Origin: a virus
Virus genome (UHGV): UHGV-1570171
Reading direction: 5' to 3' (one strand)
Length of the DNA: 16,425 nucleotides
Shown: positions 1 through 9,182 of the stretch, in pieces
How positions within the stretch are numbered: position 1 is the first letter of the stretch
Layout: each line of letters opens with the position of its first letter
The notes under the pieces: generated by a model
Databases searched by the model: none
What the model saw: the letters and a program-made list of their open reading frames with translations, nothing else
Told to the model about the DNA's origin: nothing
Program-made: the position numbers and the translations under genes

Positions 1-45
1 CCAGATATTGAATGGCCTACGCCTCCGGCAGTTCAGGCCAGATGA
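1..45 (+). CDS. 3' end (last 14 codons plus stop) of a second, convergent tail-fibre assembly gene (tfa-prime); 5' part lies left of the window
   Basis: Plus-strand frame 1 from position 1 reads PDIEWPTPPAVQAR then TGA at 43-45. The PD(I/V)xWP motif matches the C-terminus of the minus-strand Tfa (APDVIWPELPEA) and of Tfa-family chaperones generally. The tail-to-tail arrangement matches Mu U/U-prime and e14 tfaP/tfaE. Only 14 codons are visible. Confidence 0.4.
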   Translation, partial: PDIEWPTPPAVQAR

Positions 46-619
46 CATCCGGCGCGGTGCTGGTATCTGTTGCCGTCACCGCGTCAATGTAATCCAGCAC
101 AGCGTTAAGTCTGGTTGTTTCTGCCTGCGTCAGTTTACGTCCGGCCTGCAATTTCAGTTGAATCAGACTGATGGAAGCCATTGCTGCATCAATCAGTGAC
201 TGGCGCTGTGCTTCTGCCGCTTCTACTGCGGCACCGTGTTGTGCCTCAGTATCTGTCACCCATTTTTCACCATCCCATTTATCGTATGGCGTTAACGGGG
301 CGATAGTGGTTGTATTTTCGGGATAGTCGCCTAGTGCTGTGATTTCTTTGGCATCTCCCGTTTCGGTGTTATAGACGATTTCACCGCGATGGTCTGACAC
401 ATATTCCCATGATTTTAAATCCACAGAACGGCAAATTGTATAACCAGCCTTAGATGTACCAGGAGCGTCTAAACAGGAATATGCTGGAATACCGACACCC
501 ACTGCAAGATATTCAGTTGATGCAGAAATATATTCCCGCGTCTCACCATCATAGTTATAGACGGTAATATTCCCCGCCTTCGTGGTAATAAGCTCGCTAT
601 TTAATACGGCGTTATCCAT
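17..619 (-). CDS. tail-fibre assembly protein (Tfa/gpU-like chaperone)
   Basis: 200-aa ORF directly downstream of the fibre gene. ATG at 617-619 overlaps the fibre TAA stop (TAATG). C-terminus ...TSTAPDVIWPELPEA is typical of tail-fibre assembly chaperones. Confidence 0.8.
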   Translation of the reverse strand: MDNAVLNSELITTKAGNITVYNYDGETREYISASTEYLAVGVGIPAYSCLDAPGTSKAGYTICRSVDLKSWEYVSDHRGEIVYNTETGDAKEITALGDYPENTTTIAPLTPYDKWDGEKWVTDTEAQHGAAVEAAEAQRQSLIDAAMASISLIQLKLQAGRKLTQAETTRLNAVLDYIDAVTATDTSTAPDVIWPELPEA

Positions 620-1389
620 TATGCAGCCCTCACGATATAGTTAAATGCAATATTTCGTGGACGGGTTTCACTCCCGCCAGTATTACCGATACTCCCTCGT
701 GAATGAAGTGTCGGTGATGGGATCAGACTCCCTCCTGTATTTGTGGCATCAAGTCCCCGTCCTTGTGTGTATGTTTTTTTGAAAATCGTAGCCAGTTCCC
801 ATTCATCTTTTGTGTCGTAACCATCATTGGCAACAACAATATGGCGGTGTTTTTCCAGCATCCCTGTCTGAATGCTCAATAAAACACGTCCTGCATCAAT
901 ACCGCGCCCGTCATCCCAGCCACGAATAAACTCACCACGTAAATCAGGCAATTTATTTGTCGGATAAGCCTTTGCCAGTTCCGGGTATTCTTCAGCAGAA
1001 AAAGCCGCACCGTTGCATTTCAGCCAGCCTGTTGGCGGTGTGGCTGAAGGCCATGGAACAGGCACACCAACAGGTAATGCAGAGCCTTCTCCCAAACCAA
1101 GGTTTTCGAGAGCCGTTTTCACCGTGCCATCCGATTTGATATCGCCAAACGGATTCTTGCGGCTTAACAGCAGCGCACGAAGCGCGGTAAGCAGCTGGTC
1201 ATGCCGCCCCTTCTCCAGGCTGGCACCGGATGCCTCCACCACGCTGCAGAGTTCTTCCTGCAACATGTCAAAGTAGTCATCATCCAGATCGGTGGCAGGT
1301 GTGCCGGTCTGGGGGTTACCACGGGTAAAACCGTTCTTACCCGCGCCGAACTTATCCTTCTGCGCGGTTTTCGTGTCTATACGATGCAT
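619..1389 (-). CDS. tail fibre protein with C-terminal phage tail-collar domain; N-terminal part is the likely constant region
   Basis: 256-aa ORF with ATG at 1387-1389 and GGAG 8 nt upstream. Collar-domain motifs [24 protein letters not shown] and [19 protein letters not shown] are present. Sits between the Mu gp48-like gene and tfa, as in Mu S-U and e14 stfP-tfaP. Confidence 0.8.
   Translation of the reverse strand: MHRIDTKTAQKDKFGAGKNGFTRGNPQTGTPATDLDDDYFDMLQEELCSVVEASGASLEKGRHDQLLTALRALLLSRKNPFGDIKSDGTVKTALENLGLGEGSALPVGVPVPWPSATPPTGWLKCNGAAFSAEEYPELAKAYPTNKLPDLRGEFIRGWDDGRGIDAGRVLLSIQTGMLEKHRHIVVANDGYDTKDEWELATIFKKTYTQGRGLDATNTGGSLIPSPTLHSRGSIGNTGGSETRPRNIAFNYIVRAA
1087..1112. other. 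putative serine DNA-invertase crossover site (hix/gix/pix/cix family) inside the tail-fibre gene
   Basis: The 26-mer ttctcccaaaccaaggttttcgagag is an imperfect palindrome (half-sites TTCTCCCAAACC / CTCTCGAAAACC around central AA). It matches hixL TTCTTGAAAACCAAGGTTTTTGATAA at 20 of 26 positions as recalled from memory. In the fibre reading frame it encodes ALENLGLGE; the Mu gix site, again as recalled, encodes the comparable IQNLGLQE. Confidence 0.55.
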
Positions 1390-1392
1390 GAA

Positions 1393-2028
1393 TTACTCCG
1401 GATATTTAAAAATTACGTAGGTATGCGACGGGCAGAGTTTGTTAAGCACACACTCGACAACGGTGTCGCCCCAGATACGCAGTGCGGAATCACAGGGATC
1501 GCCACATGTCATCCAGGTGGTGTTGGTGGCGGCTGGCATGTTGCCCTGCCAGTAATACCGCCCTTCCCGACCGGCACAGGGGGCGTGTTTTGCCCCCTGC
1601 CAGTAATACCGCCATTCCGGCGCATTCACAGCGTCAGTGCAGGCTGATGAGCAGGTGAACGTGCTTTTGTCGTATCGCGTGATGGTAGCGTCTGGTCTGC
1701 CCAGGGCAGCAAGCTGTGCAAGGTAAAAATCCTCATTGATGCCGCCCGCCAGGTTAACCTTCGCATCCAGTCGTTGCTGACGCTGGCGAAGGGTCTGTGT
1801 CCCTGCGGGAATACATTCATCCGGCAGGCCGCACAGACGCTCCCAGCGGTTTATCAGTTCGGTGGTGGTGCGCGGATCCAGCTCCCGCATCAGGGCATCC
1901 GCACGCTGATGAACGCGGGTTAATGACGGTGCCGCACCGGCAATCGCCGGATCGCTGGCTGACCACGCCGGACCGGGGGGCAACAGTGCCGACAACAGAC
2001 GGATGTAATCATCGTTTGTCACGTCCAT
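1393..2028 (-). CDS. Mu gp48 / E. coli YmfQ-like tail protein (DUF2313 family)
   Basis: 211-aa ORF whose stop overlaps the fibre RBS region. Cys-rich C-terminal half. Position between the baseplate J-like gene and the fibre gene is as in Mu and e14 (ymfQ). Family assignment is by recollection and synteny. Confidence 0.7.
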   Translation of the reverse strand: MDVTNDDYIRLLSALLPPGPAWSASDPAIAGAAPSLTRVHQRADALMRELDPRTTTELINRWERLCGLPDECIPAGTQTLRQRQQRLDAKVNLAGGINEDFYLAQLAALGRPDATITRYDKSTFTCSSACTDAVNAPEWRYYWQGAKHAPCAGREGRYYWQGNMPAATNTTWMTCGDPCDSALRIWGDTVVECVLNKLCPSHTYVIFKYPE

Positions 2029-3077
2029 GAAATCGTCCCCAGAACCGCCAGTTCATTTTTTGCAATGGAGATATTGTCTGCCGGTGCAAGCAACTGATGG
2101 CTGTATTCCCCGTTCGCACCGGAAATCGCCTCACTGATACGCGACACCTTCAGTTCTCCCTGCGGATAACCATCACGCAGCAGGAACGAACGCAACTCCG
2201 CGGTGATGGCAGCCCGTATTTCCGGTGTATCCGGCGTCACGCGGATATGAAAATCCACCGTATGTGCCACCGGCCTGAACACATACAAGTCAGAGCCTGC
2301 CACCGGGGCCAGTGGCCCGATATGTTGTCTTGCCGCCGTTTCCGTTGATTCTTCCGGAATGGGATTAATCAGGTCACTGCTGGCAATCATCACACCGACA
2401 GTTCCCGTTCCCATCCAGTGACGGTATGTCCATGCGCGGGTAATGCCGGGTACTTCTTTAGCCCAGACGACATAGTCCCCGTCAGCCCCGCCCTGCGGCG
2501 TCCAGTAATACCGCTCAATGACGCGGGCGCGCCACGTTTCCAGATCTTCAGTATCGAATCCGCCAGTCAGGGTATCTGCAACACCGGAAGACGGCAGACC
2601 ATTCACCGGCGTGACCAGGATTAATGCCGTACCGTCGTCAGCGTTACCGACCGCGCCTGTAGTTGAGCAAGTGATCGGCACACGCAGGACACCACCGGAG
2701 CTGGTTGCATCGGCAGTTGCCGTGTACTGAACCAGGTCATCGCGCTGAATCACGCTCCCGGCAGTCACCTTCAGGCCATCGCTGACACCTTCCCAGCGCA
2801 TATACCCGCTGGCAGCCGTGGCCCCCTTGCGCGGACACCGTTTCATCGCAGCATGTCGCGCCAGCCAGGACTCATCGCACAGGTCAGGCAGCATATTCAT
2901 TGCCAGATAATCGATGTACCCGTAGACCGTATGCAGCGCCGCCGCATACACCTTTGCCCGCACGTCTTCATCCATGCGCCGAAGCGTGTCGCTGACGTCC
3001 AGCCTGGCGAATAAATCGTTACGGAGCATACTGATATTTTCTGCCAGCGTCGGGCGCTGAAATTCACTGTCCGCCAT
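2019..3077 (-). CDS. baseplate J-like protein (Mu gp47 / P2 gpJ family)
   Basis: 352-aa ORF; 3' end overlaps the next gene by 10 nt and 5' end overlaps the gp46-like gene. Size and position match baseplate wedge protein J in Mu-type tails. Confidence 0.8.
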   Translation of the reverse strand: MADSEFQRPTLAENISMLRNDLFARLDVSDTLRRMDEDVRAKVYAAALHTVYGYIDYLAMNMLPDLCDESWLARHAAMKRCPRKGATAASGYMRWEGVSDGLKVTAGSVIQRDDLVQYTATADATSSGGVLRVPITCSTTGAVGNADDGTALILVTPVNGLPSSGVADTLTGGFDTEDLETWRARVIERYYWTPQGGADGDYVVWAKEVPGITRAWTYRHWMGTGTVGVMIASSDLINPIPEESTETAARQHIGPLAPVAGSDLYVFRPVAHTVDFHIRVTPDTPEIRAAITAELRSFLLRDGYPQGELKVSRISEAISGANGEYSHQLLAPADNISIAKNELAVLGTISWT

Positions 3078-3492
3078 GCGTTATCGCACTCCACAGATCA
3101 TCAAAAGAAATCATTACCGGTCCGTCACGACGCCAGAGAGTGATACTGTTACCCAGTTCATTAATCCCGGTACGGCGGATATCCAGATCAATACGGGACA
3201 CCACGCCGTCATCAATCATCCATTGCAGGCATTCGCGGATATACCCCCTTACCGTCTGCACCAGCTGATTGGTCAGTTTGCTGCGCTGAAGCAGCCACAG
3301 TCGGGAGCCGTAACGGTCATTCTGTACCGCAGGCCAGGTATCCCCCCACCATCCCATCGGGACGTCGGCGTTGTCATCAGGCTCCGCCCGCCGCCAGGTA
3401 AACAGGGAAATCACCACGGCGCGGGTCAGCGGATCCAGCGGTGCGCTGGCGCAGGTGCGTTTACCGTTCACCGTCAGCCACAGTTCCATCAT
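3064..3492 (-). CDS. GP46-family baseplate protein (Mu gp46 / gpW-like)
   Basis: 142-aa ORF between the spike and baseplate J genes; start overlaps the upstream stop (translational coupling). Size and position match Mu gp46. Confidence 0.7.
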   Translation of the reverse strand: MMELWLTVNGKRTCASAPLDPLTRAVVISLFTWRRAEPDDNADVPMGWWGDTWPAVQNDRYGSRLWLLQRSKLTNQLVQTVRGYIRECLQWMIDDGVVSRIDLDIRRTGINELGNSITLWRRDGPVMISFDDLWSAITHGGQ

Positions 3493-4037
3493 GCCTCCAT
3501 CGCTTTATCAGGTTTGTCGGTGTTACTGCCCTGACCGTTCTCTCTGTGACGATGCCCGTTATAGGCAAGCCGCATCGCTGACATGGTGGTGCCGCCGGAG
3601 TCGCACAGGTCTTTCACCTGTCCGGTCACTTCCAGGTCCATTTCAAAACGTGCTTCAGGTGCATTGCGAAACGTGATCGTTTTACCTGCACCGTCCACCA
3701 CGATCCCCTCCCGGGTCAGCGTCACGGACTGCCCCTGATCGTCATAGACAGCCACCTCACCCGTCTGCAGCCCTTTCAGGCGGTAGCGCCGGTCCGACAC
3801 CGTAACAACCACCGCATGAGAACGGTCGCCATCCGGAAACAACACCACCGCTTCCGCACCGCTGTTTGCCCTTGCGGTAAAACCGTAGGGTTCAAGATGT
3901 TCAACCCCGGCTTTGGGTTCACCGGCAATCAGGGACACATCCACGGTCTGGCATTTCGTGGCGGCACTGATGCTTTTCACCACTGCCCGCCCAATCAGGC
4001 CGAGAAGTTGTCGCTGCATGGCTTCAATCGTCCTCAT
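3489..4037 (-). CDS. baseplate assembly protein V / central spike (Mu gp45-like)
   Basis: 182-aa ORF. Size and position after the gpD-like hub gene match gpV spike proteins. Confidence 0.75.
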   Translation of the reverse strand: MRTIEAMQRQLLGLIGRAVVKSISAATKCQTVDVSLIAGEPKAGVEHLEPYGFTARANSGAEAVVLFPDGDRSHAVVVTVSDRRYRLKGLQTGEVAVYDDQGQSVTLTREGIVVDGAGKTITFRNAPEARFEMDLEVTGQVKDLCDSGGTTMSAMRLAYNGHRHRENGQGSNTDKPDKAMEA

Positions 4038-5116
4038 CAGAACGGGTCCTCCTGTACTCTGGCTTTTTTCTTTTTCCGCGCGCCGGGATCTTCGGGTTCA
4101 GGCAGATAAGCATCAGGCGGGCCGACACGGATTTCCGTCAGGGTGCCGTTCTGGTCCTGAGTAAACGTGACTTCCGAGACAAGCAGTTCGGTATTGTCGA
4201 AACCACAGACCGGATCGAAGACAATCACCCGCTGGTTGGGCTGCCACAGCGTACCGTTACCCTGTCGCCAGCCCTGCACCACATAGGTGGTTTCATCCGT
4301 CCGCGCCGCCCGTTGTCGGGCTTCAAAGTCAGCACGCGCAATACAGCCTGCCCCCGTAGCCTGCCCTGTCTGCCTGATATACATCGGACGGTAACGGGCA
4401 ATAAATGCGTCCTCTGTGCGGGCCCGCAGCGCGGTGGTGGTGGCCTCACCGAAATCATCGTCGTTTCCGGCACGCTGCCCCGCCACCTGGTAAACTGAAA
4501 ACCGCTCCCGGATACTCTTCTCCGTATCACAGGAAAGGATGTTTTCCCCAAGTACCAGCGCGGTATGTGCCCGCGTTGAGCCAATACCGCCAATCACCAG
4601 CCTGCCGTGCGGATCGTCATAAGCCAGCGCCTGCTGCTGACCGAGTATTTTGTTGATTACCTCAATCACCGTTTCACCGTGATCAGGCTGAACATCAGGA
4701 ATAACACCCGACGGCGCACCGCTGTTCACCACCTCAATGCCGAAAGGCGCAGCAAGCGCCTGCGCAATCTGCACCAGCGAGCGTCCGTTAAACTGTGTCG
4801 GTTCGGCTGCACAGTCAATCAGGTCAGCGGTCAGACTGCGTCCGGCAATACCGGTGCTGACCGAACGGGCATCGTAACGAACGGGAGTCGCCTCCACCCA
4901 GCCGGTGATCACCAGCTCATCACCAATCAGCACTTCCACTTTTGAACCGTTTTTAATGCGCGGCTGAAGCGTGGTGATACCCTCATCTCCCGGCCACTGG
5001 CGAGTGATCTCCACACTGAAATCCCGCGCCAGCCGTTCAATACCGGCACCGATACGCACCGATGTCCAGCCATTCCACTCCCGGCCATTTACCCGTAGCG
5101 TGACATTGTCGTTCAT
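4037..5116 (-). CDS. tail/baseplate hub protein, late control D family (Mu gp44 / P2 gpD-like)
   Basis: 359-aa ORF immediately after the gp43-like gene. Acidic, Lys-rich C-terminus. Size and order match Mu gp44. Confidence 0.75.
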   Translation of the reverse strand: MNDNVTLRVNGREWNGWTSVRIGAGIERLARDFSVEITRQWPGDEGITTLQPRIKNGSKVEVLIGDELVITGWVEATPVRYDARSVSTGIAGRSLTADLIDCAAEPTQFNGRSLVQIAQALAAPFGIEVVNSGAPSGVIPDVQPDHGETVIEVINKILGQQQALAYDDPHGRLVIGGIGSTRAHTALVLGENILSCDTEKSIRERFSVYQVAGQRAGNDDDFGEATTTALRARTEDAFIARYRPMYIRQTGQATGAGCIARADFEARQRAARTDETTYVVQGWRQGNGTLWQPNQRVIVFDPVCGFDNTELLVSEVTFTQDQNGTLTEIRVGPPDAYLPEPEDPGARKKKKARVQEDPF

Positions 5117-6489
5117 TGCACTGGCACCTTCAGAGGGATCACCGGCACAAAGCCGGGATGCGTAATGGCATTACGCCGGATAATGTCCGCGTCACGCGCC
5201 GCGTTATCAAACCAGGTCGCCGCCAGCACCAGCGCGGGTAAAACCTCATCCGGCGTGCGCTGAATGATCCGTGCAGACTGTTCAAGGCGCGTGTTGATAT
5301 CCGCATTCAGATCTGCTTTCACCCGGCGCAGCGCCAGAAACAGCGCATCACTGGTTGTACGGGACAACTCCTTATCAATTGCCGTATTCAGTGTGTCGCG
5401 AATGTCGGTCAGTTCTTCCCACGTTGGCAGGTCAACCGTGTTTTTCACCGCCGGTGCATTGTTCAGTGCCGGATGCGTGACAGAAGGCCAGCCGGTGCTC
5501 TGCGCGGGTGTTGTTGACTGCCCCACTGTGGCATTCTGCATCACCGCGGAAGTTGTGGGCGCAGGCAATCGTGTGACGGCATACGCCGCTTCGCTGATTG
5601 CGGTCGTACGAAGGGTGCTGGCAACCACGTTACGCTGCTGCGTCGCCGTGGCGGTGGTTTTACTGTCCGTTTTCCAGACGCCGCGCGGTTGCAGATCGCT
5701 GCCGAGGCTGACACCGGAAAGCGTTTTGATCATGGTGACCAGGTCGCTGGCGTTACCATAAAGGCGTTTCCCGGTACGCCACATTTTCTGCACCTGCTCA
5801 ACGAAATTTTTGCCTGACGATGGCGGCGGCAGAAGTACCGAGATATCCCCCTGCAACAGCCTGGCGGCATCCGATACGGCAGAATCCACCACTTTCATCG
5901 CATCAGAAACATACCCAAGCATTGTGCTGGCATTACCGACGACGTCGTTCTGCACAAAATCTGCCACGCCATCGATACTGAAACCACTGAAGCTGTCACT
6001 GATGCAGTCATCCAGTGCAGAACAGGATGACATCAGCGTCTGCGCCGTCGCCGCACCTGAAGTGGGGTAAGAGAGTTCTCCCGCTTCGACAAACTTCAGG
6101 TCAAAGCGGACAATACGCCCTTCACTCTTCGATGTGCTGACCCGAACTTCCCCGTCAACACAGACTTTCAGCTCACCGTAAGTCGGATGGACAAGCGTGC
6201 CGGGACCGGGTTTATTCAGCGCGTCAATCAGGCGATCGCGCTGGTCAAAGCAGTCATCGCCCACCACATAAGCCGTGATAGACGGGCGGAAAGTGACTTT
6301 TCCCAGATCTTCGGTATAGGGCTTGTCGCGGTTCGGATATTCGTGTGTTTCCACACGGCGACCGGTTCCCGCACTTTCTTCTTCAACCTTAAACGGCACG
6401 CCGCGAAATGACGCGTCCTGAAGTCTGTCACGCCAGCCTGAAGACGACGAAAGTAATGAAGGTCGGGAGGGAAATGAGGATAAATCCAT
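5113..6489 (-). CDS. Mu gp43-like tail protein (DNA circularisation protein N-terminal domain family)
   Basis: 458-aa ORF with ATG at 6487-6489 and GAGGT 8 nt upstream. N-terminal WRDRLQDASFRGVPFKVEEESAGTGRRVETHEYPNRDKPYTEDLG resembles the Mu gpP N-domain. Follows the tape measure gene as in Mu. Confidence 0.8.
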   Translation of the reverse strand: MDLSSFPSRPSLLSSSSGWRDRLQDASFRGVPFKVEEESAGTGRRVETHEYPNRDKPYTEDLGKVTFRPSITAYVVGDDCFDQRDRLIDALNKPGPGTLVHPTYGELKVCVDGEVRVSTSKSEGRIVRFDLKFVEAGELSYPTSGAATAQTLMSSCSALDDCISDSFSGFSIDGVADFVQNDVVGNASTMLGYVSDAMKVVDSAVSDAARLLQGDISVLLPPPSSGKNFVEQVQKMWRTGKRLYGNASDLVTMIKTLSGVSLGSDLQPRGVWKTDSKTTATATQQRNVVASTLRTTAISEAAYAVTRLPAPTTSAVMQNATVGQSTTPAQSTGWPSVTHPALNNAPAVKNTVDLPTWEELTDIRDTLNTAIDKELSRTTSDALFLALRRVKADLNADINTRLEQSARIIQRTPDEVLPALVLAATWFDNAARDADIIRRNAITHPGFVPVIPLKVPVQ

Positions 6490-6513
6490 AGACTGACCTC
6501 AAAAAGGACTGCG

Positions 6514-8421
6514 TTATCGTGGAAAACGAAAAGGGGAATACCCCACATCGTGCGTGATTTTCATCAGGGGATCGGCTTTGCCCGGTACATCAATTATCTT
6601 CATACCTGGCGGAGCATTCTCGAACGTGACTTTCAGCTCGCTGTGCTGTGTCATGGAAGAAGATGGATTCAACAGCGGAACATTGGGTTTGTACTGACTC
6701 AGGCTGGCCTGATACTGCTCGTACTCTTTACGATCAAAAAAAGGCGTCCAGTCTGAAGCCAGAAACAGCCCTTTATTATCCAGCCAGTTAACCGTATCTT
6801 CAGGAACAACACTTTCCAGAGTATCTTTAACCGGCTCATACATCAGGGTTCCCCAAAAACCATATACCCCGGCCTTCCCGATAAAGCCGCGGCCTTTCCC
6901 CATCAATCCCGTTTCTGCCGATACCTTCCCCAGCGTACGCATCTCTCTGGTCACTGCGGTAATGGATTTGGTAACGTCAGCAACCCATTTGGTTGCCATA
7001 AACAGGGCAATCGCTTTCAGAACAGTTTCCCATCCCCCCATCACCTGCGCCGTTTCATCTACCACGTGCCAGACTTTTTTTATGACAGGACCTACGGTTT
7101 CCCAGTTATCAATAATGAGGTAAGCGCCACCAACCAGAAGAGCAATCAGCCCCTTAGCAGGCGTCATATTCATCACACCGCCGAGAACTTTCATGATTCT
7201 GGACAAAGAGCCTGCAGCGGCCCCCACTGTCAGTAAAGCCAGACCGATTTTAGCAATGGTCTTAACGAGCTCCGGGTTTTCACGGACAAACGTTCTCACT
7301 TCCTCAAGGAGCGGTTTTACCGCTTCAAGACCATCATTAACCTCAGGAAGAAACGTTTCCCCCAGAGTGGAAGAAATGGCATCAAGTTGATTTTGCAGAA
7401 GTAAAAGCTGGTTTTCCGTCGTCGCTGCCCTCGAAGCATATTCCTTCTGCATCGAACTGCCATACTGCTGGGAATCCGCAACCCGCCTGAAGTTGGTACG
7501 CAACAAATCAAGGTTAGTCAGCAGAGGTGCTATCGCGCCCAGAGACTCTTTCCCGAACAGGGCATTCAGCACAGCTGCCTGTTTTTCTTTAGGCACTTTA
7601 GCCATCGCATCCAGTACAGACAGCATGGTTCCCCGGGCATCTTTCTGCATATCAGCAGCTAATTTCTTCGGATTGATCCGCAGAAAACGTAATGCCTGTT
7701 TCTGCGATTTTGTCGCGGAATTTCCCGCGGTCAGGGAAAGCATGAAGTTCTTGATCCCTGTGGCGGCAATTTCTGACTCCACGCCCATCCCGGCAATGGT
7801 TGCCCCCATTGCCGCGATTTCGCCGGAAGCCACACCTGCAACACCACCTAAAGGACCAATACGCGTAACAATATCGGAGATTTTCTTCGCATTCGCCGGG
7901 CCGGTATTACCAAGGTAGTTGATTTTGTCAGCCAGCCCGGCCACTTCATCCTGCGTCATATTAAACGCAGTACGCCACTGGGCCATCATCTGCCCGGACT
8001 CTTCAGCCGTGGTATCAAAGGCCACGCCCATCTTCACCGCATCAGTGGCAAACTGCATCAGTTCATCACGTGCAATCCCGGCCTGACCGCCAGCCGCCAC
8101 AATTTCCGCGATCCCGTCTGCAGACATGGGAAGCTCAGTAGACAAAGCGCGTACCTGCTCCGTCATGGCCTTAAACGCATCCGGCGTATCCAGACCGTCC
8201 ACCACTTTGCGGACATCAGCCATCTTCGATTCAAGGGTGATGGCTGATTTTACAGGGAGTGCCAGTGCCCCCATTATTGCAGTACCCGCCCCGGCAGCGC
8301 CCAGAGCAAGGCTGGAGACTTCTTTCTGAAACCCCTTAAGCTGACGCTGCATACCTTTAAGCGGGCCGGACAGCCTGTCAACGGCGGTGATGATGGCTTT
8401 CAGCTGAAAATTATCAGCCAT
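6514..8421 (-). CDS. tail tape measure protein
   Basis: 635-aa ORF with ATG at 8419-8421. Ala/Gly-rich, predicted helical, with hydrophobic Gly-rich segments typical of tape measure proteins. Sits between the chaperone and baseplate genes. Confidence 0.9.
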   Translation of the reverse strand: MADNFQLKAIITAVDRLSGPLKGMQRQLKGFQKEVSSLALGAAGAGTAIMGALALPVKSAITLESKMADVRKVVDGLDTPDAFKAMTEQVRALSTELPMSADGIAEIVAAGGQAGIARDELMQFATDAVKMGVAFDTTAEESGQMMAQWRTAFNMTQDEVAGLADKINYLGNTGPANAKKISDIVTRIGPLGGVAGVASGEIAAMGATIAGMGVESEIAATGIKNFMLSLTAGNSATKSQKQALRFLRINPKKLAADMQKDARGTMLSVLDAMAKVPKEKQAAVLNALFGKESLGAIAPLLTNLDLLRTNFRRVADSQQYGSSMQKEYASRAATTENQLLLLQNQLDAISSTLGETFLPEVNDGLEAVKPLLEEVRTFVRENPELVKTIAKIGLALLTVGAAAGSLSRIMKVLGGVMNMTPAKGLIALLVGGAYLIIDNWETVGPVIKKVWHVVDETAQVMGGWETVLKAIALFMATKWVADVTKSITAVTREMRTLGKVSAETGLMGKGRGFIGKAGVYGFWGTLMYEPVKDTLESVVPEDTVNWLDNKGLFLASDWTPFFDRKEYEQYQASLSQYKPNVPLLNPSSSMTQHSELKVTFENAPPGMKIIDVPGKADPLMKITHDVGYSPFRFPR

Positions 8422-8829
8422 GCTTCATCTCCTCATTTATACGGACGGCCTCTGCCTCCAGATCAGCAAAGTGGGAAATAGCCGTCCGGCGAAGTTCAAG
8501 GGGGTTTAATTTCCAGAACCACGCGACATTGTAGAATCGCTTCCGGAGGTCTCTTCCGTCTCCAAGCCGGTAAAAAAACGCATTACAATCATGCCTGCCT
8601 TGAAAATATCCAGCTTCGTCATCTGCGCTGCAGACGAGCGCGGGATCCCGGCCAGAAGCGGGATATATTTCAGCGCCACCTGACTGTCCATTTTCATACC
8701 ACCATCAGGCGAAACAGAGAAAGGGAACCCCAGCGCCTCAATCTCGTCATACGTAGGCTCACGTATTTCCAGCACATGCAGTGTTTCTTTGTGGGCGATG
8801 ATCGGTTTTTTAAGTACAAGCTCAATCAC
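8414..8829 (-). CDS. putative -1 frameshift fusion product of the tail assembly chaperone (gpGT / P2 E+E-prime-like)
   Basis: Coding-strand run of seven T (plus-strand A7 at 8572-8578) sits in codons CGT TTT TTT ACC. Slipping -1 there opens a frame reading YRLGDGRDLRKRFYNVAWFWKLNPLELRRTAISHFADLEAEAVRINEEMKHG. That frame ends at a TGA (8414-8416) overlapping the tape measure ATG, so it fills the otherwise non-coding 84-nt gap. Confidence 0.45.
8506..8829 (-). CDS. tail assembly chaperone (lambda gpG / P2 gpE-like), zero-frame product
   Basis: 107-aa ORF between tube and tape measure genes. GTG start at 8827-8829 overlaps the tube TGA (GTGA), with AAGGGG about 9 nt upstream. Ends ...MRFFTGLETEETSGSDSTMSRGSGN. 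Confidence 0.7.
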   Translation of the reverse strand: MIELVLKKPIIAHKETLHVLEIREPTYDEIEALGFPFSVSPDGGMKMDSQVALKYIPLLAGIPRSSAAQMTKLDIFKAGMIVMRFFTGLETEETSGSDSTMSRGSGN

Positions 8830-9182
8830 TGGTAATCCCCTTCTTCACCGTGGAACTCAAGATCAACCGTGCCTTCTTCGGCATTATGGTTCGCTTCACC
8901 GTGCAGCCAGGCGGACGACAATACATAGACCTGACCGTTCGCCAGCTCGGCAGTGATGGTCATCTCATCAGAAGAGGTGATTTTGCTCACCGGAAAATTC
9001 TTCGGCACCTTGAAGGTCCCTTTGACATAAGGTGCACGGTGAGTTTCCTTGCGGTCCACTGAACCGTCCAGGCCGATGATGTCATCATTAACCGTCCTGT
9101 TCATGGGCACCTCAATGCCGCCGGTCAGCGATAGCTGCTGACCGTCAATTTTGAAATAACAGGTTCCCCCGATACGGGCCAT
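8826..9182 (-). CDS. tail tube protein (Mu gpM-like)
   Basis: 118-aa ORF; ATG at 9180-9182 overlaps the sheath TAA (TAATG). Size and position directly after the sheath gene are typical of contractile-tail tube proteins. Confidence 0.8.
   Translation of the reverse strand: MARIGGTCYFKIDGQQLSLTGGIEVPMNRTVNDDIIGLDGSVDRKETHRAPYVKGTFKVPKNFPVSKITSSDEMTITAELANGQVYVLSSAWLHGEANHNAEEGTVDLEFHGEEGDYQ

Noticed and set aside
6228-6548. 106-aa minus-strand ORF
   Set aside because: Alternative frame spanning the tape measure 3' end and the gp43-like 5' end. Both neighbours are well supported and directly abutted with a proper RBS, so this is most likely spurious.
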